Assembly (NCBI GenBank): GCA_035545675.1
Contig: DASZYA010000004.1
Span: 6,519-70,518 of the forward strand
DNA: 64,000 nt
Source of the DNA: Patescibacteria group bacterium
GTDB taxonomy: Bacteria; Patescibacteriota; Microgenomatia; Levybacterales; GWA1-39-11
Reading direction: 5' to 3'
This document shows, piece after piece, positions 38,251 to 47,360 of the stretch (its first letter is position 1; every line of letters starts with the position of its first letter). A model generated the notes under the pieces. That model saw nothing but the letters and a program-made list of their open reading frames with translations, had not been told where the DNA came from and ran no database searches. A program made the position numbers and the translations under genes.

Positions 38251-38342
38251 ATGTCCTGACAATTGACAACTAACAATTGACAATTGACGCTCGTAACATT
38301 GAATTATATAAAACCTGAAGCTGATTGTAAATTACTAAGCGG

Positions 38343-39158
38343 TTAGCCTGTTATGAATACGGGAATCCAGGATGGGTAGTTTGCATGTAGTAAGGCAAAA
38401 TACAAAATAAAGTCTACCGTGAGATGAATTGCAATTACATAAACAAGATCATTTGTCTTGTTGTAAACCCAGCCTTGCAGGAAACAAAATATAGGAACAA
38501 TAAGAAACCCCCACTCTCTGAATCCCAGCTCGTAAAGAAAAGACGTAAAGACAATGGTTGTAGCAATATTCGCAGTCATAAAGGGAAAATAACGCTTAAG
38601 GATTCCAAGAGTTGTACTTACAAAGAAAAGTTCATCCCAAATTCCTAGAAGATTTGTCCCCAAGAATAAAACAAAAAGGTTCATGAAGCCCGGCATTACT
38701 GGCCAATTGTGATAAACCCCAGAAGTTTTTAGATAAAAAGGAATCATAAGATAAGCAAGTACAAAAGCAAAAAGGATATAACCGTAGCGAATAGGCTTCC
38801 ATTTGTGAGGAATATGAAAGTTGTATTTGATTTTATCTTCTTTGTAGAAAAATCGGGATATAAGAAAAGGTAGAATTAGTGCTAGTCCCAGTGCTCCACC
38901 CATGGCTACAATATGCTCCGGGCTGATATTGGTTGAAATTGGGGTCACACCCATAATGGAAATGCTTATAAAAGGAAGAAATAGCTCGCGAGCGGCTGTT
39001 CTCTTGTTAAGAATCCAAGTAAGTGCCGTTCCACACACTATGGCAATCCACCCTGCTATATGCTGTTGGAGACCTATTAATAGAACTCCTGAGAGACATA
39101 TAAAAAATAGACTAATATATTTTGCGTAAGTTTGGTTTTTCATTTGCTTAAGATTCAT
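38343..39158 (-). CDS. polytopic membrane protein, possibly CPBP-family intramembrane protease
   Basis: 8 TM helices; WDELFF...FTSFLYE...IAIHLTVD loosely resemble the CPBP EExxxR/FxxxH/HxxxD motifs. Confidence 0.35.
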   Translation of the reverse strand: MNLKQMKNQTYAKYISLFFICLSGVLLIGLQQHIAGWIAIVCGTALTWILNKRTAARELFLPFISISIMGVTPISTNISPEHIVAMGGALGLALILPFLISRFFYKEDKIKYNFHIPHKWKPIRYGYILFAFVLAYLMIPFYLKTSGVYHNWPVMPGFMNLFVLFLGTNLLGIWDELFFVSTTLGILKRYFPFMTANIATTIVFTSFLYELGFREWGFLIVPIFCFLQGWVYNKTNDLVYVIAIHLTVDFILYFALLHANYPSWIPVFITG

Positions 39159-39208
39159 GAATTATATGAAATTGCGTGCGTAGTTGTAAATTGTTAGGGT
39201 GATATAAT

Positions 39209-39460
39209 ATGTTTATGGCAAAAAAAACAAAAACAGAAACGTTTGAGATAAAAGGCGAAGAGCTTCTCAAGAAAATAAAGGAATTGATAAAAGAAGGAAA
39301 CGTAAGAAGAATTATTATCAAAGATAAATTTGGAAAAACAATTATAGAACTTCCCCTAACTGTTGGCGTGGTTGGCGCTGTACTCGCCCCTAGCTTTGCA
39401 GCAATCGGAGCAATAGCCGCCCTAATTGCTGAATGTACAATTATTGTTGAAAGAGAATAG
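39209..39460 (+). CDS. small DUF4342-like protein
   Basis: ETFEIKGEELLKKIKELIKEGNVRRIIIKDKFGKTIIELPLTVG, then a hydrophobic tail. Confidence 0.35.
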   Translation: MFMAKKTKTETFEIKGEELLKKIKELIKEGNVRRIIIKDKFGKTIIELPLTVGVVGAVLAPSFAAIGAIAALIAECTIIVERE

Positions 39461-39473
39461 TTAACAAATAATT

Positions 39474-40109
39474 ATGGATTCTATTAAAGAAAAAATAGAA
39501 GAATTCTTCTCCAAATATAAAATCCAAAAATATAAAAAGGGAGAAATTTTGGTTCGTGCCGGAGATGACCCTGCTGGCATTTTCTATCTTAAATCTGGAC
39601 TTGTTCGAGAATACGCAATTTCCAAGACCGGGGAAGAGGTTGTTGTAAATATATTTAAGACCGGGGCTTTTTTCCCAATGTCTTTTGCAATTAACAAAAC
39701 TCCCAACACATATTTTTTTGAGGCCATGGAAGATCTTATTCTAGTACGAGCGCCAAGTGAGGATGTTGTTGAATTCATAAAAACAAATTCAGACGTTTTA
39801 TTTGACCTTCTTAGACGTGTATATCTGGGAACAGATGGATTATTATCTCGTATGGCTTATCTAATGTCTGGAAGTGCAAGCGAAAGGTTGATTATTGAGC
39901 TTATAATTACTGCCAAAAGATTTGGTACCAAAGAAAGTAGCGAAATTATGGTTAGTACTACAGAAAAAGATCTTGCAACTCAAACCGGAATCACGCGCGA
40001 GACCGTAAGTAGAGAAATAAAAAAACTTAAAGACAAAGGGCTAATAGATTTTGGAAAGCATAGTCTTGTAATAAAGGATATAGCAAAGCTAGAGGAAGAG
40101 ATCTATTAA
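39474..40109 (+). CDS. Crp/Fnr-family transcriptional regulator
   Basis: cNMP-binding beta-roll (ILVRAGDDPAGIFYLKSGLVREY) and a C-terminal HTH (DLATQTGITRETVSREIKKLKDKGLI). Confidence 0.75.
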   Translation: MDSIKEKIEEFFSKYKIQKYKKGEILVRAGDDPAGIFYLKSGLVREYAISKTGEEVVVNIFKTGAFFPMSFAINKTPNTYFFEAMEDLILVRAPSEDVVEFIKTNSDVLFDLLRRVYLGTDGLLSRMAYLMSGSASERLIIELIITAKRFGTKESSEIMVSTTEKDLATQTGITRETVSREIKKLKDKGLIDFGKHSLVIKDIAKLEEEIY

Positions 40110-40456
40110 TTAATAGATTTAGTTATTACTTCTCCAGTTGGTTGAATTCTTCTCCTTATCCTCCCATCTGGAAGTCCTGTTGGAAGTAAGTATCCTTGCC
40201 AATTACCCTCCCCAATAAATAATTCTAAGTGTTTGAGGTCTACAAAATCCGGTTCATTTTTTACTTCATAAAGCCTATAGGGGCCAGCAGAAACTGTGAG
40301 TCTTGGATTAAACTTTTTTTTGGTTGCAACCAAAATATCTCCAATCTCTTCTGCTTCTATCCATGCGAATCTATCCTTTTCATCTAGTGTAAGTATTTTT
40401 GTTTTATCAAAGGTTTCTATCAGAGAATATTTTCCTTGTTTTATTAGTCTTATCAT
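40106..40456 (-). CDS. hypothetical protein
   Basis: ORF; a CRP-like site lies ~30 nt upstream. Confidence 0.3.
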   Translation of the reverse strand: MIRLIKQGKYSLIETFDKTKILTLDEKDRFAWIEAEEIGDILVATKKKFNPRLTVSAGPYRLYEVKNEPDFVDLKHLELFIGEGNWQGYLLPTGLPDGRIRRRIQPTGEVITKSIN

Positions 40457-40484
40457 AGAGTCAAATATATACTTCTTGTAGATA

Positions 40485-40500
40485 GAAATATGTGATTTTA
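40485..40500. promoter_or_regulatory. CRP/FNR-type palindrome TGTGA-N6-TCACT
   Basis: A direct read: tgtgattttaatcact. Confidence 0.45.
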
Positions 40501-41106
40501 ATCACTCTAATTTATTGATTTATTTCATCGATTCAATCTCTTAATAGTTTTAATATTGGTTTATGAGAAAGATGAGAAAAGAAAGTAGAAATTTTTTAAG
40601 AGAAATTTTAGAAGAAATTGAACTAACAATTGCACCGTTTATCAGAATTTTAATGATAAATCCAAATAAGAAATATGTTTAACAAAATATATACATTTTT
40701 AAATAAAGTTCAAGCCCTCACTCTTTTTATGGGACTATTTATAGTTTTTGCTGTAATTCACAATTTGTTTTATGGATTTTTAAGTTTTGAGGAGCCCGTA
40801 TTTTTTGTTTTAGCTCTATTTTTCTTATTCATGTCATTTATATGTTTAATTTTTCAGGTTAGAACAAAGAAGGTTTTCTAGGCAGAGATTGGAGGTGAAT
40901 CATATGGTTTATGAAATAACAGTTCCAGATTATCAGAGAATAATTAAGAAAGAACAAAAGAAAACATTGCTTGAGCAGCTTAAGGCAATACTTTGGGGAA
41001 GGAACAAGACTCCAGATTTTGAAGATGGGGAACCAACGGATGAGCCTGACGAAGAAGGTTATAGGGTAAATTACCCAGCATATAACAGGGTTCATTAACG
41101 GGTCTA

Positions 41107-41754
41107 TTGTTATGGTTAAAATTTGGCTATACTTTTTGTATGGGTAAAATCGCGGGAGTTTTATTTGCTTTAGCTGGCTTTGTAATCTTAATGGGTATCA
41201 CAACTGCTGAATCTTTTTATCCAGGCTATAATCTTCACAGTAGTTATATTAGTTGGCTTGGAGCCACGCCTCCGCCAAACATTATTATTAAGCAGCCTTC
41301 TGCAACCATCTTTGATTTATCTATGGTTTTTGCAGGGATTTTAATTCTTGCCGGAGGAATATTCTTTTATCGTAGATATGGAAACAAGATCCTTTTTGCT
41401 CCGATTCTTTTTATGGGCTTAGGAACTCTTGGAGTTGGTTTGTTTCCAGCTTCTCATGCATCTATTCATCCCTTGATTGCTGGGATCGCTTTTGCTGCAG
41501 GAGGAATTGCAGGGATTCTCTCTTATAGAAAAACCACTGCTCCATTTAGGTATTTGGCTCTGGTTCTTGGATTGGTGACTCTCGGCTTTTTAATACTTGG
41601 GATCCTTGATCCAAAAATCCTCTCTCCGCTTGGTATTGGGGGAGCTGAACGTTGGGTTGCTTACCCAATAACTATTTGGCTAATTTTATTTGGAGGATAT
41701 CTCATGGGTCCAAGACCTACCTCAAAAGCTTCTAAAATCAAAAGTAAAAGATAG
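41107..41754 (+). CDS. hypothetical 6-TM membrane protein
   Basis: Hydrophobicity. Confidence 0.35.
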   Translation: MLWLKFGYTFCMGKIAGVLFALAGFVILMGITTAESFYPGYNLHSSYISWLGATPPPNIIIKQPSATIFDLSMVFAGILILAGGIFFYRRYGNKILFAPILFMGLGTLGVGLFPASHASIHPLIAGIAFAAGGIAGILSYRKTTAPFRYLALVLGLVTLGFLILGILDPKILSPLGIGGAERWVAYPITIWLILFGGYLMGPRPTSKASKIKSKR

Positions 41755-42183
41755 GGCTTGATAGCGCCCAAAACCCTCATTTGTAAGAGCAATTTAGACC
41801 TATAGCATGCCACTTTACAGTAGGATTCACTTATGATATATTCCACCTATAGGAAAGATGTTTAGCCGCTATTTTGCATGGCGGTAATGAACGCTTTCTT
41901 TTTTTTGGTTTTGCAGAATTCGTGCCTAAAATTGCATTTAGGTTTTGAGCTTTGCATTCGCACTTTGAAAACTAGATTTTTGGAAAGAAAATAATTTTAA
42001 TTTTTAATATATGTAACGCAGAATTTTGACTGCGGCGCTCTAGAAATAAAACGCATTGTTTTTAGAAGGCCGTGGTCAAAGTGGCTAATTGACTAAATAT
42101 AAGGCATAGAAAGGATATAGCCAACCAAAAGGGACATGTAGACAGCAATATCGTTACGTGAATAGTTCTTTAAGGACCGAACA

Positions 42184-44547
42184 TTGAATAGGACAGATCG
42201 TTCCGACCCGCCAGTCAACGAGACCTTCAAGACCTTCGTTACGCCTTATGTTGCTCCCTTCGAGCGATTCGGGCAGAACGACGGCAGAGAGGTCGGCGGC
42301 AAGGTAGCCAACATCGGTGAGATGATTCGGGCAGAAATACCCGTACCCGATGGGTTCGCCATCAAGGTGAGCGCATGGGATCGTTTCATCGAGTACAACA
42401 ACCTGATGCCGCGCATCCTCGAACTTCACGAGGGTCTCGACTTCAGGAACGAAGGCGAGCGTCATGAGCGCTCAAATCACCTCATGGCACTCATTAAGGG
42501 TGCTAGTATGCCTCCGGATGTCGCTCAAGACATCAGGCAGGCGTACCGTCTGCTCTCTGGTTCGACCGACGTACGAGTGGCGGTAAGATCTTCGGCTACG
42601 GCTGAGGACCTTGCTAAAGCTTCGAGCGCCGGCGAGTACGACTCCAAGCTCAACGTTTACGGAGAGGTGGACGTCGTAGTTGCAGTACAGGCGGTATTCG
42701 CGTCAGTGTTCACTGCTCGCGCGATGCTCTATCGCGATCAAAACGGCATTCCCTTCACGGGAGTTAAGATGGCCGTTGCGGTTATGAGGATGGTTCAGTC
42801 CGTAAGGTCTGCCATCGTTTTCACCGCGGACCGCATTTCCGGCAACCGAAACGTTATGTCGATGACAATCGGCATGGGTCTCGGCGAGACGCTGGTCCAG
42901 AGCACGGTTACTGCCGACTTCATCAAGGTCGACAGGGCGAGGCGCACGATCATTTCCAGGATAATCGGTAGTCAAACTCACCAGATGGTGTGGTCCGATG
43001 ACCTGCGAAAGAACATCGACGTTGAGATCGAACCCGAACTCCGGGACGCTCCCAAGGCCGATGAGGTGCAGACCCTGGATTTGGCCGACATCTGCGAAAT
43101 GGTGGAACGACACTACGGGCGTCCCCGCGACATCGAAGCCGCGATGGCCCCCAATGGTCGTTGGTACATCGTTCAGTCACGTGACTGTACGACTCCCCTG
43201 ATCGAGGACGAGCCCGAACCGGCAGTCGCGCTCAGGCCGTTTGTTACTGGTATCGAAGCTTCCGCAGGGATTGCTTCGGGCCCAGTTCGAATCATCCGGA
43301 CGCTGCAAGATCTTCACGCGTTCAGCGAGGGAGATATTCTCGTCACCGAGATGACCACTCCCGACATGCTTGACGAGATGGAGCTGGCCGCCGCCGTTGT
43401 TGCGGAAATCGGTACCTCCAACTCGCATGCTGCAATCGTTTGCGGAGAGATGGAAACCCCATGTGTTGTGGGAGCGGACGGAGTTATGTCTCTCCTTCGC
43501 GATGGGGACATCATCACCGTGGATGGTAGCCATGGCAAGGTGTATAGGGGAGAAATTCCTGAGCTCTTGGCCTGGCACGATCGGCGTGAAGCTCGGCTGA
43601 CCAAGCTGGCAGAAGAAGGTGAGAAGGTAAAAACCCGCACAAAGATTGGGTTGATCGCCGCCACGCCTCGAGCTGCTGTCAAGCTGGCCCGCCGAAACGT
43701 CGACATGGTATGTCTCTATCGTACGGAGCTAGCGGTTAGCCGCCTCAAGTTGCACCCTCGCGTCTTCGACGCTCAGGGCCGACGAGAGGTGTTCATTCGA
43801 AGCCTGGTTGACTCCATGTCTGCCTACTGCGAGGCATTTTTTCCCCGTTACCTTGCAGATAACAGCAAGGGCCTCGTGGTCGTTCGGACTCTCGACTACA
43901 AAGATGACGAGATGGCTCGACTCGAAGGCTCGGAGCTGTACGAAAAGCCCGGCAAGAACTTTATGCTGGGTAAGCGGGGACTTTTCCGTTACGAATGGGA
44001 TCATGTTACACACGAGATGGAGACTGAGGCACTCAAACGAGTCGCCCAGAAGTATCCTAACCTCGTCGTGATGGTGCCGTTCCCGCGGACGCCCGAAGAA
44101 CTCGGACGTGTCACCGCCAAGTTGGTTGAGCGAGGCCTCAATGTCCCTCTGTGGGCTATGGCTGAGGTACCGCTAACCATTATGTATCTCGAGGAGTTTG
44201 TTGATGCTTGCCAAGGCCGACTCAAGGGTCTGTCGATCGGTAGCAACGATGCGCTTCAGGGACTCATGATGGTTGACCGCGAAGATCCAATTCTCGCCGC
44301 CCACGCTGAGTACTCGGAGAACCATCCGCTCATGCGTCGGACTTTCGTCGACATCGTTCGTCGAGGTAAGGCAAGGGGTCTCACGGTCAGTCTGTGTGGT
44401 AATGCTGTCAGCAAATTCCCGGAAATCGCCGCGGATTTGGTGGAAGCAGGAATTGATTCCATTGGGGTTGATCCGCGCAAGGCTGACATCGTTCGCAACA
44501 TCGTCAAGGAGACTGAGGAGAGGCTCGGCATTACGCTCGAAGCATAA
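42184..44547 (+). CDS. ppsA: phosphoenolpyruvate synthase (pyruvate, water dikinase)-like PEP-utilizing enzyme; sits in a ~58% GC island
   Basis: N-terminal GGKVANIGEM (PPDK_N ATP-grasp); phosphohistidine swivel domain GTSNSHAAIVCGEMETPCVVG; C-terminal TIM-barrel PEP-binding domain (SIGSNDALQGLM; SLCGNAVSKFPE). 787 aa, similar to E. coli PpsA at 792 aa. Its codon usage and GC are wholly unlike the flanks. Confidence 0.75.
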   Translation: MNRTDRSDPPVNETFKTFVTPYVAPFERFGQNDGREVGGKVANIGEMIRAEIPVPDGFAIKVSAWDRFIEYNNLMPRILELHEGLDFRNEGERHERSNHLMALIKGASMPPDVAQDIRQAYRLLSGSTDVRVAVRSSATAEDLAKASSAGEYDSKLNVYGEVDVVVAVQAVFASVFTARAMLYRDQNGIPFTGVKMAVAVMRMVQSVRSAIVFTADRISGNRNVMSMTIGMGLGETLVQSTVTADFIKVDRARRTIISRIIGSQTHQMVWSDDLRKNIDVEIEPELRDAPKADEVQTLDLADICEMVERHYGRPRDIEAAMAPNGRWYIVQSRDCTTPLIEDEPEPAVALRPFVTGIEASAGIASGPVRIIRTLQDLHAFSEGDILVTEMTTPDMLDEMELAAAVVAEIGTSNSHAAIVCGEMETPCVVGADGVMSLLRDGDIITVDGSHGKVYRGEIPELLAWHDRREARLTKLAEEGEKVKTRTKIGLIAATPRAAVKLARRNVDMVCLYRTELAVSRLKLHPRVFDAQGRREVFIRSLVDSMSAYCEAFFPRYLADNSKGLVVVRTLDYKDDEMARLEGSELYEKPGKNFMLGKRGLFRYEWDHVTHEMETEALKRVAQKYPNLVVMVPFPRTPEELGRVTAKLVERGLNVPLWAMAEVPLTIMYLEEFVDACQGRLKGLSIGSNDALQGLMMVDREDPILAAHAEYSENHPLMRRTFVDIVRRGKARGLTVSLCGNAVSKFPEIAADLVEAGIDSIGVDPRKADIVRNIVKETEERLGITLEA

Positions 44548-44549
44548 CT

Positions 44550-44885
44550 CTGATGTCTGTTCAGTGAGCCCGCCCGAGTTTCAGGACGAGATAAGCTCAC
44601 AGCTTCCTGATCACGGTGTGACGCGTTACGTAGGTGTCTCACCTGCAGGAAGAGATCTTTGGCATAAGCCAGATCAATCCGAGGCCTTAGGTCTCACTCC
44701 GGCGTCTCGCCAAGTTCGCGCAAGGCGCCACCATCGGGTCCCCAAAAGGACAAGCCCGACTCTTTCCAGAGTCTAGATCATCCCCTGCCGTTTGGTAGAC
44801 CGCTTGCGTATGCGAGTTGTTGCCATTCGGCGGGGGATTTTTTTGGGGAAAATTGAAAAAATAAAAATCTTCTATATAATCCACA
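44550..44885. other. GC-rich non-coding tail of the island with inverted repeats and a terminal G-rich/T-run (possible terminator at ~44825-44850)
   Basis: cttcctg..caggaag and ggtgtgac..gtctcacc inverted repeats at 44590-44655; ggcgggggattttttt at 44826-44842. Confidence 0.3.
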
Positions 44886-44887
44886 AT

Positions 44888-45385
44888 ATGCCAAAAGAAA
44901 CACAGCAAGAAATAAAGCTTAGGTTATTCCATGAGAATGCAGATAGATTTTATAGACCTCCCCTGATGATGGATATTGCCTTAGAAGAAGCTAGAAGAAG
45001 AAGGTTACAGTCGAGATTTACGAATAAAGATCTTTTTGAGGCAGCACTAGGTACTTATGCAGTTATTAAGCAACAAGATATTCATGACATGTTAGAACCT
45101 CAAGAACATGTATATCCTTGGACAGAATCTACTTCTCCTGTTGAGTCGGATGATATAGAGGCAGGTCCGGTAATTCTTTTTGCAGAGCAAGAGCCGTCTG
45201 TTCCACATCTTCCAAGACTTGAACATGTAACTCTTGATATTGGAGAGGCGAGTTATAATTTTGATAGGAATATTAGTGGTGTAGTTACATCATATGTTAA
45301 TCAGAGGGAACAAAGTCTTGCCCCAGAAGAAGCAAGGGATATTGTTGAAATTCTTTACAGAATGCTTGTAGTCAACGCTAGATAG
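44888..45385 (+). CDS. hypothetical protein (start assigned to first low-GC Met; ORF open from 44792 through the island tail)
   Basis: ORF only. Confidence 0.3.
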   Translation: MPKETQQEIKLRLFHENADRFYRPPLMMDIALEEARRRRLQSRFTNKDLFEAALGTYAVIKQQDIHDMLEPQEHVYPWTESTSPVESDDIEAGPVILFAEQEPSVPHLPRLEHVTLDIGEASYNFDRNISGVVTSYVNQREQSLAPEEARDIVEILYRMLVVNAR

Positions 45386-45387
45386 AT

Positions 45388-45960
45388 TTAAAAAGTGGGA
45401 TCTAATTTTACACTTTGAACTAAAGTCTTTGCATCTGCTTCATATTGTCCCCAGTTTTTAACTAGAGTTTCAAAGTTTACTATATATAATTTATCTGTCC
45501 TCTCATTTCCAGTTACTTCCATGTAGTTCATTTTTGGTTTAAAGGCAACATTTCCCATTGGTGTTCCTCCTGTCTCGAATAGTCCTCCAACGGTGAATAA
45601 AAATCTATTATTAGTATCACGCCTTCTTATAAGAGGCCCTCGGAGTTTCATAAATGGAGATTTCATTAAATTTTCTGCATAGTCAAAGACGCCAGCCTTA
45701 TAAAGTGCGCTGAGATTATCTATTGCGCCAACTTGAAAAAGCGTTTTGTTAGCGTCTTTACTTGATGTTATTATCGTTCGTTTATCTAGGATTACAGTAG
45801 GCGTTTTTGCTAATTGATCAGGACTCATTGTAAAGGCATAAGAGTTATTAGCCTCTGATTCGCGCGCATTCCATGTGTCAGGAACTAAAATTTCCGCATG
45901 AATACTGGGTAGTGATTTGGGCACAAGTCTAAGAGCTGTTTCTTTCTGATCTATGGTCAT
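45388..45960 (-). CDS. hypothetical protein
   Basis: ORF only. Confidence 0.3.
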   Translation of the reverse strand: MTIDQKETALRLVPKSLPSIHAEILVPDTWNARESEANNSYAFTMSPDQLAKTPTVILDKRTIITSSKDANKTLFQVGAIDNLSALYKAGVFDYAENLMKSPFMKLRGPLIRRRDTNNRFLFTVGGLFETGGTPMGNVAFKPKMNYMEVTGNERTDKLYIVNFETLVKNWGQYEADAKTLVQSVKLDPTF

Positions 45961-46025
45961 AAGGTAAATTATATTATAGGTTTAGACTAATATCAAACAA
46001 TTCAATTAGTAGTGGGAGATGTAGA

Positions 46026-47246
46026 TTATTCGAGGTAGTCGCGGAGTTTATTACCTCTACTTGGATGACGAAGTTTTCTGAGTGCTTTTGCTTCAATTTG
46101 TCTTATACGTTCACGTGTAACCGCAAACATTTTTCCTACTTCTTCCAAAGTCTTTGGTTTTCCGTCCCTAAGCCCAAATCTTTCTTCTAATACGCGTCTC
46201 TCACGATCAGAAAGAGTCGAAAGAACTGCGTTGAGCTGCTCTTTTAGAAGTCCACGAGATGCTGTATCAAACAAAGTTGGAGCTGTAATATCATAAATAA
46301 AGTCACCAAGATATGAATCTTCCTCGTCTCCTACTGGAGTATCAAGAGATGCTGGCTGTTGGCTAATTTTGATGATCTCACGAGCTTTATCTGGCTCTAT
46401 TTCAAGAATTTCTGATATTTCTTCTGGACTTGGTTGACGGCCAAGCTCTTGCATGAGTTTTCTTTGAACTCTCATAAATCTATTGATGTTTTCAACCATG
46501 TGAACAGGAATACGAATTGTTCTTGCCTGGTCTGCAATTGCACGAGTTATAGCCTGTCTAATCCACCAAGTAGCATAGGTTGAGAATTTAAATCCTTTTT
46601 TCCAGTCATACTTTTCAACAGCACGGATCAATCCCTGGTTTCCTTCTTGAATGAGATCGAGTAATGTCATTCCACGTCCCACATATTTCTTAGCAATAGA
46701 AACAACAAGTCTAAGATTACTTTCAACAAGCTTCTTGCGAGCTTTTTGATCTCCTTTTTCAATACGTTTTGCAAGTTCTACCTCTTCTGGGAAGGTAAGA
46801 AGTGGAATTCTTCCAATTTCTTTGAGATACATGCGGACTGGATCAGTAACTGCTCCACCCTGGATGATATTAAGTGCTTCTAATTCACGTTCAAGATCTT
46901 CAATTGATCTTTGTGAATCTTTTTCTTCTTCTACTGTTTCAAATATATCTATACCCTTTTTGAGTAATTGATCATAAAGATAATCAAGATCAGCTATATG
47001 ATCTTCTGGTTTTTGAAATGCATTTAATATTTCCTCTTGGGATATATAGCCACGTTTCTTTGCAAGAGCTAGTAGATCTTCAATTTTGGAGTGTTTTGGA
47101 GTATTGGTTCCTCCCTTTTCTTTTGTAGCTTTTGTTTTTACAACAACTTCTTCCTCAACCTTTTTAGCAGCTGTTTTTTTGGCGGCCTTTTCTTTAGTTG
47201 ATGGGGATTTTTTGGTTTTTACCACAGAATTAGAAACCTTAGGCAT
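46026..47246 (-). CDS. rpoD: RNA polymerase sigma-70 factor RpoD
   Basis: Region 2 [43 protein letters not shown]; region 4 HTH; a basic N-terminal tail. Confidence 0.9.
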   Translation of the reverse strand: MPKVSNSVVKTKKSPSTKEKAAKKTAAKKVEEEVVVKTKATKEKGGTNTPKHSKIEDLLALAKKRGYISQEEILNAFQKPEDHIADLDYLYDQLLKKGIDIFETVEEEKDSQRSIEDLERELEALNIIQGGAVTDPVRMYLKEIGRIPLLTFPEEVELAKRIEKGDQKARKKLVESNLRLVVSIAKKYVGRGMTLLDLIQEGNQGLIRAVEKYDWKKGFKFSTYATWWIRQAITRAIADQARTIRIPVHMVENINRFMRVQRKLMQELGRQPSPEEISEILEIEPDKAREIIKISQQPASLDTPVGDEEDSYLGDFIYDITAPTLFDTASRGLLKEQLNAVLSTLSDRERRVLEERFGLRDGKPKTLEEVGKMFAVTRERIRQIEAKALRKLRHPSRGNKLRDYLE

Positions 47247-47360
47247 AAGTTATACCTATTCTACTCTCAATTTGTGCTTAAAGCAAGGGTACGATTGGGT
47301 GTTGGGTCTTAGTTCTTGATTTTTGGTTTTTCCTAAGATCTAGGATCTAATAACCAAGAT

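Noticed and set aside
41760-42180. 400-nt non-coding region upstream of the island inspected for tRNA, tmRNA, SRP RNA or RNase P RNA
   Set aside because: No cloverleaf, no GGAAGCAGCCA-type SRP motif and no tmRNA-like 3' end could be folded by eye. There are only short hairpins (gccgctattttgcatggcgg), and it remains unassigned.
42154-44776. Numerous alternative-frame ORFs in the high-GC island (42154..42465, 42703..43113, 42950..43201, 43177..43706, 43729..44071, 44001..44642, 44273..44776)
   Set aside because: High GC suppresses stop codons in all frames, so these are artefacts. Only the + frame 42184..44547 carries coherent PEP-utilizing enzyme motifs across its length.
42100-44885. High-GC island considered as a contaminant contig join rather than a biological feature
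   Set aside because: This cannot be excluded from the sequence alone, so I kept it as a finding with explicit checks. The host-like genes on both sides are intact up to the boundaries, which is compatible with either explanation.
44792-44887. 5' extension of ORF 44792..45385 into the island tail
   Set aside because: The extension is read-through of GC-rich non-coding sequence (MVDRLRMRVVAIRRG...). The first host-like-composition Met is at 44888.
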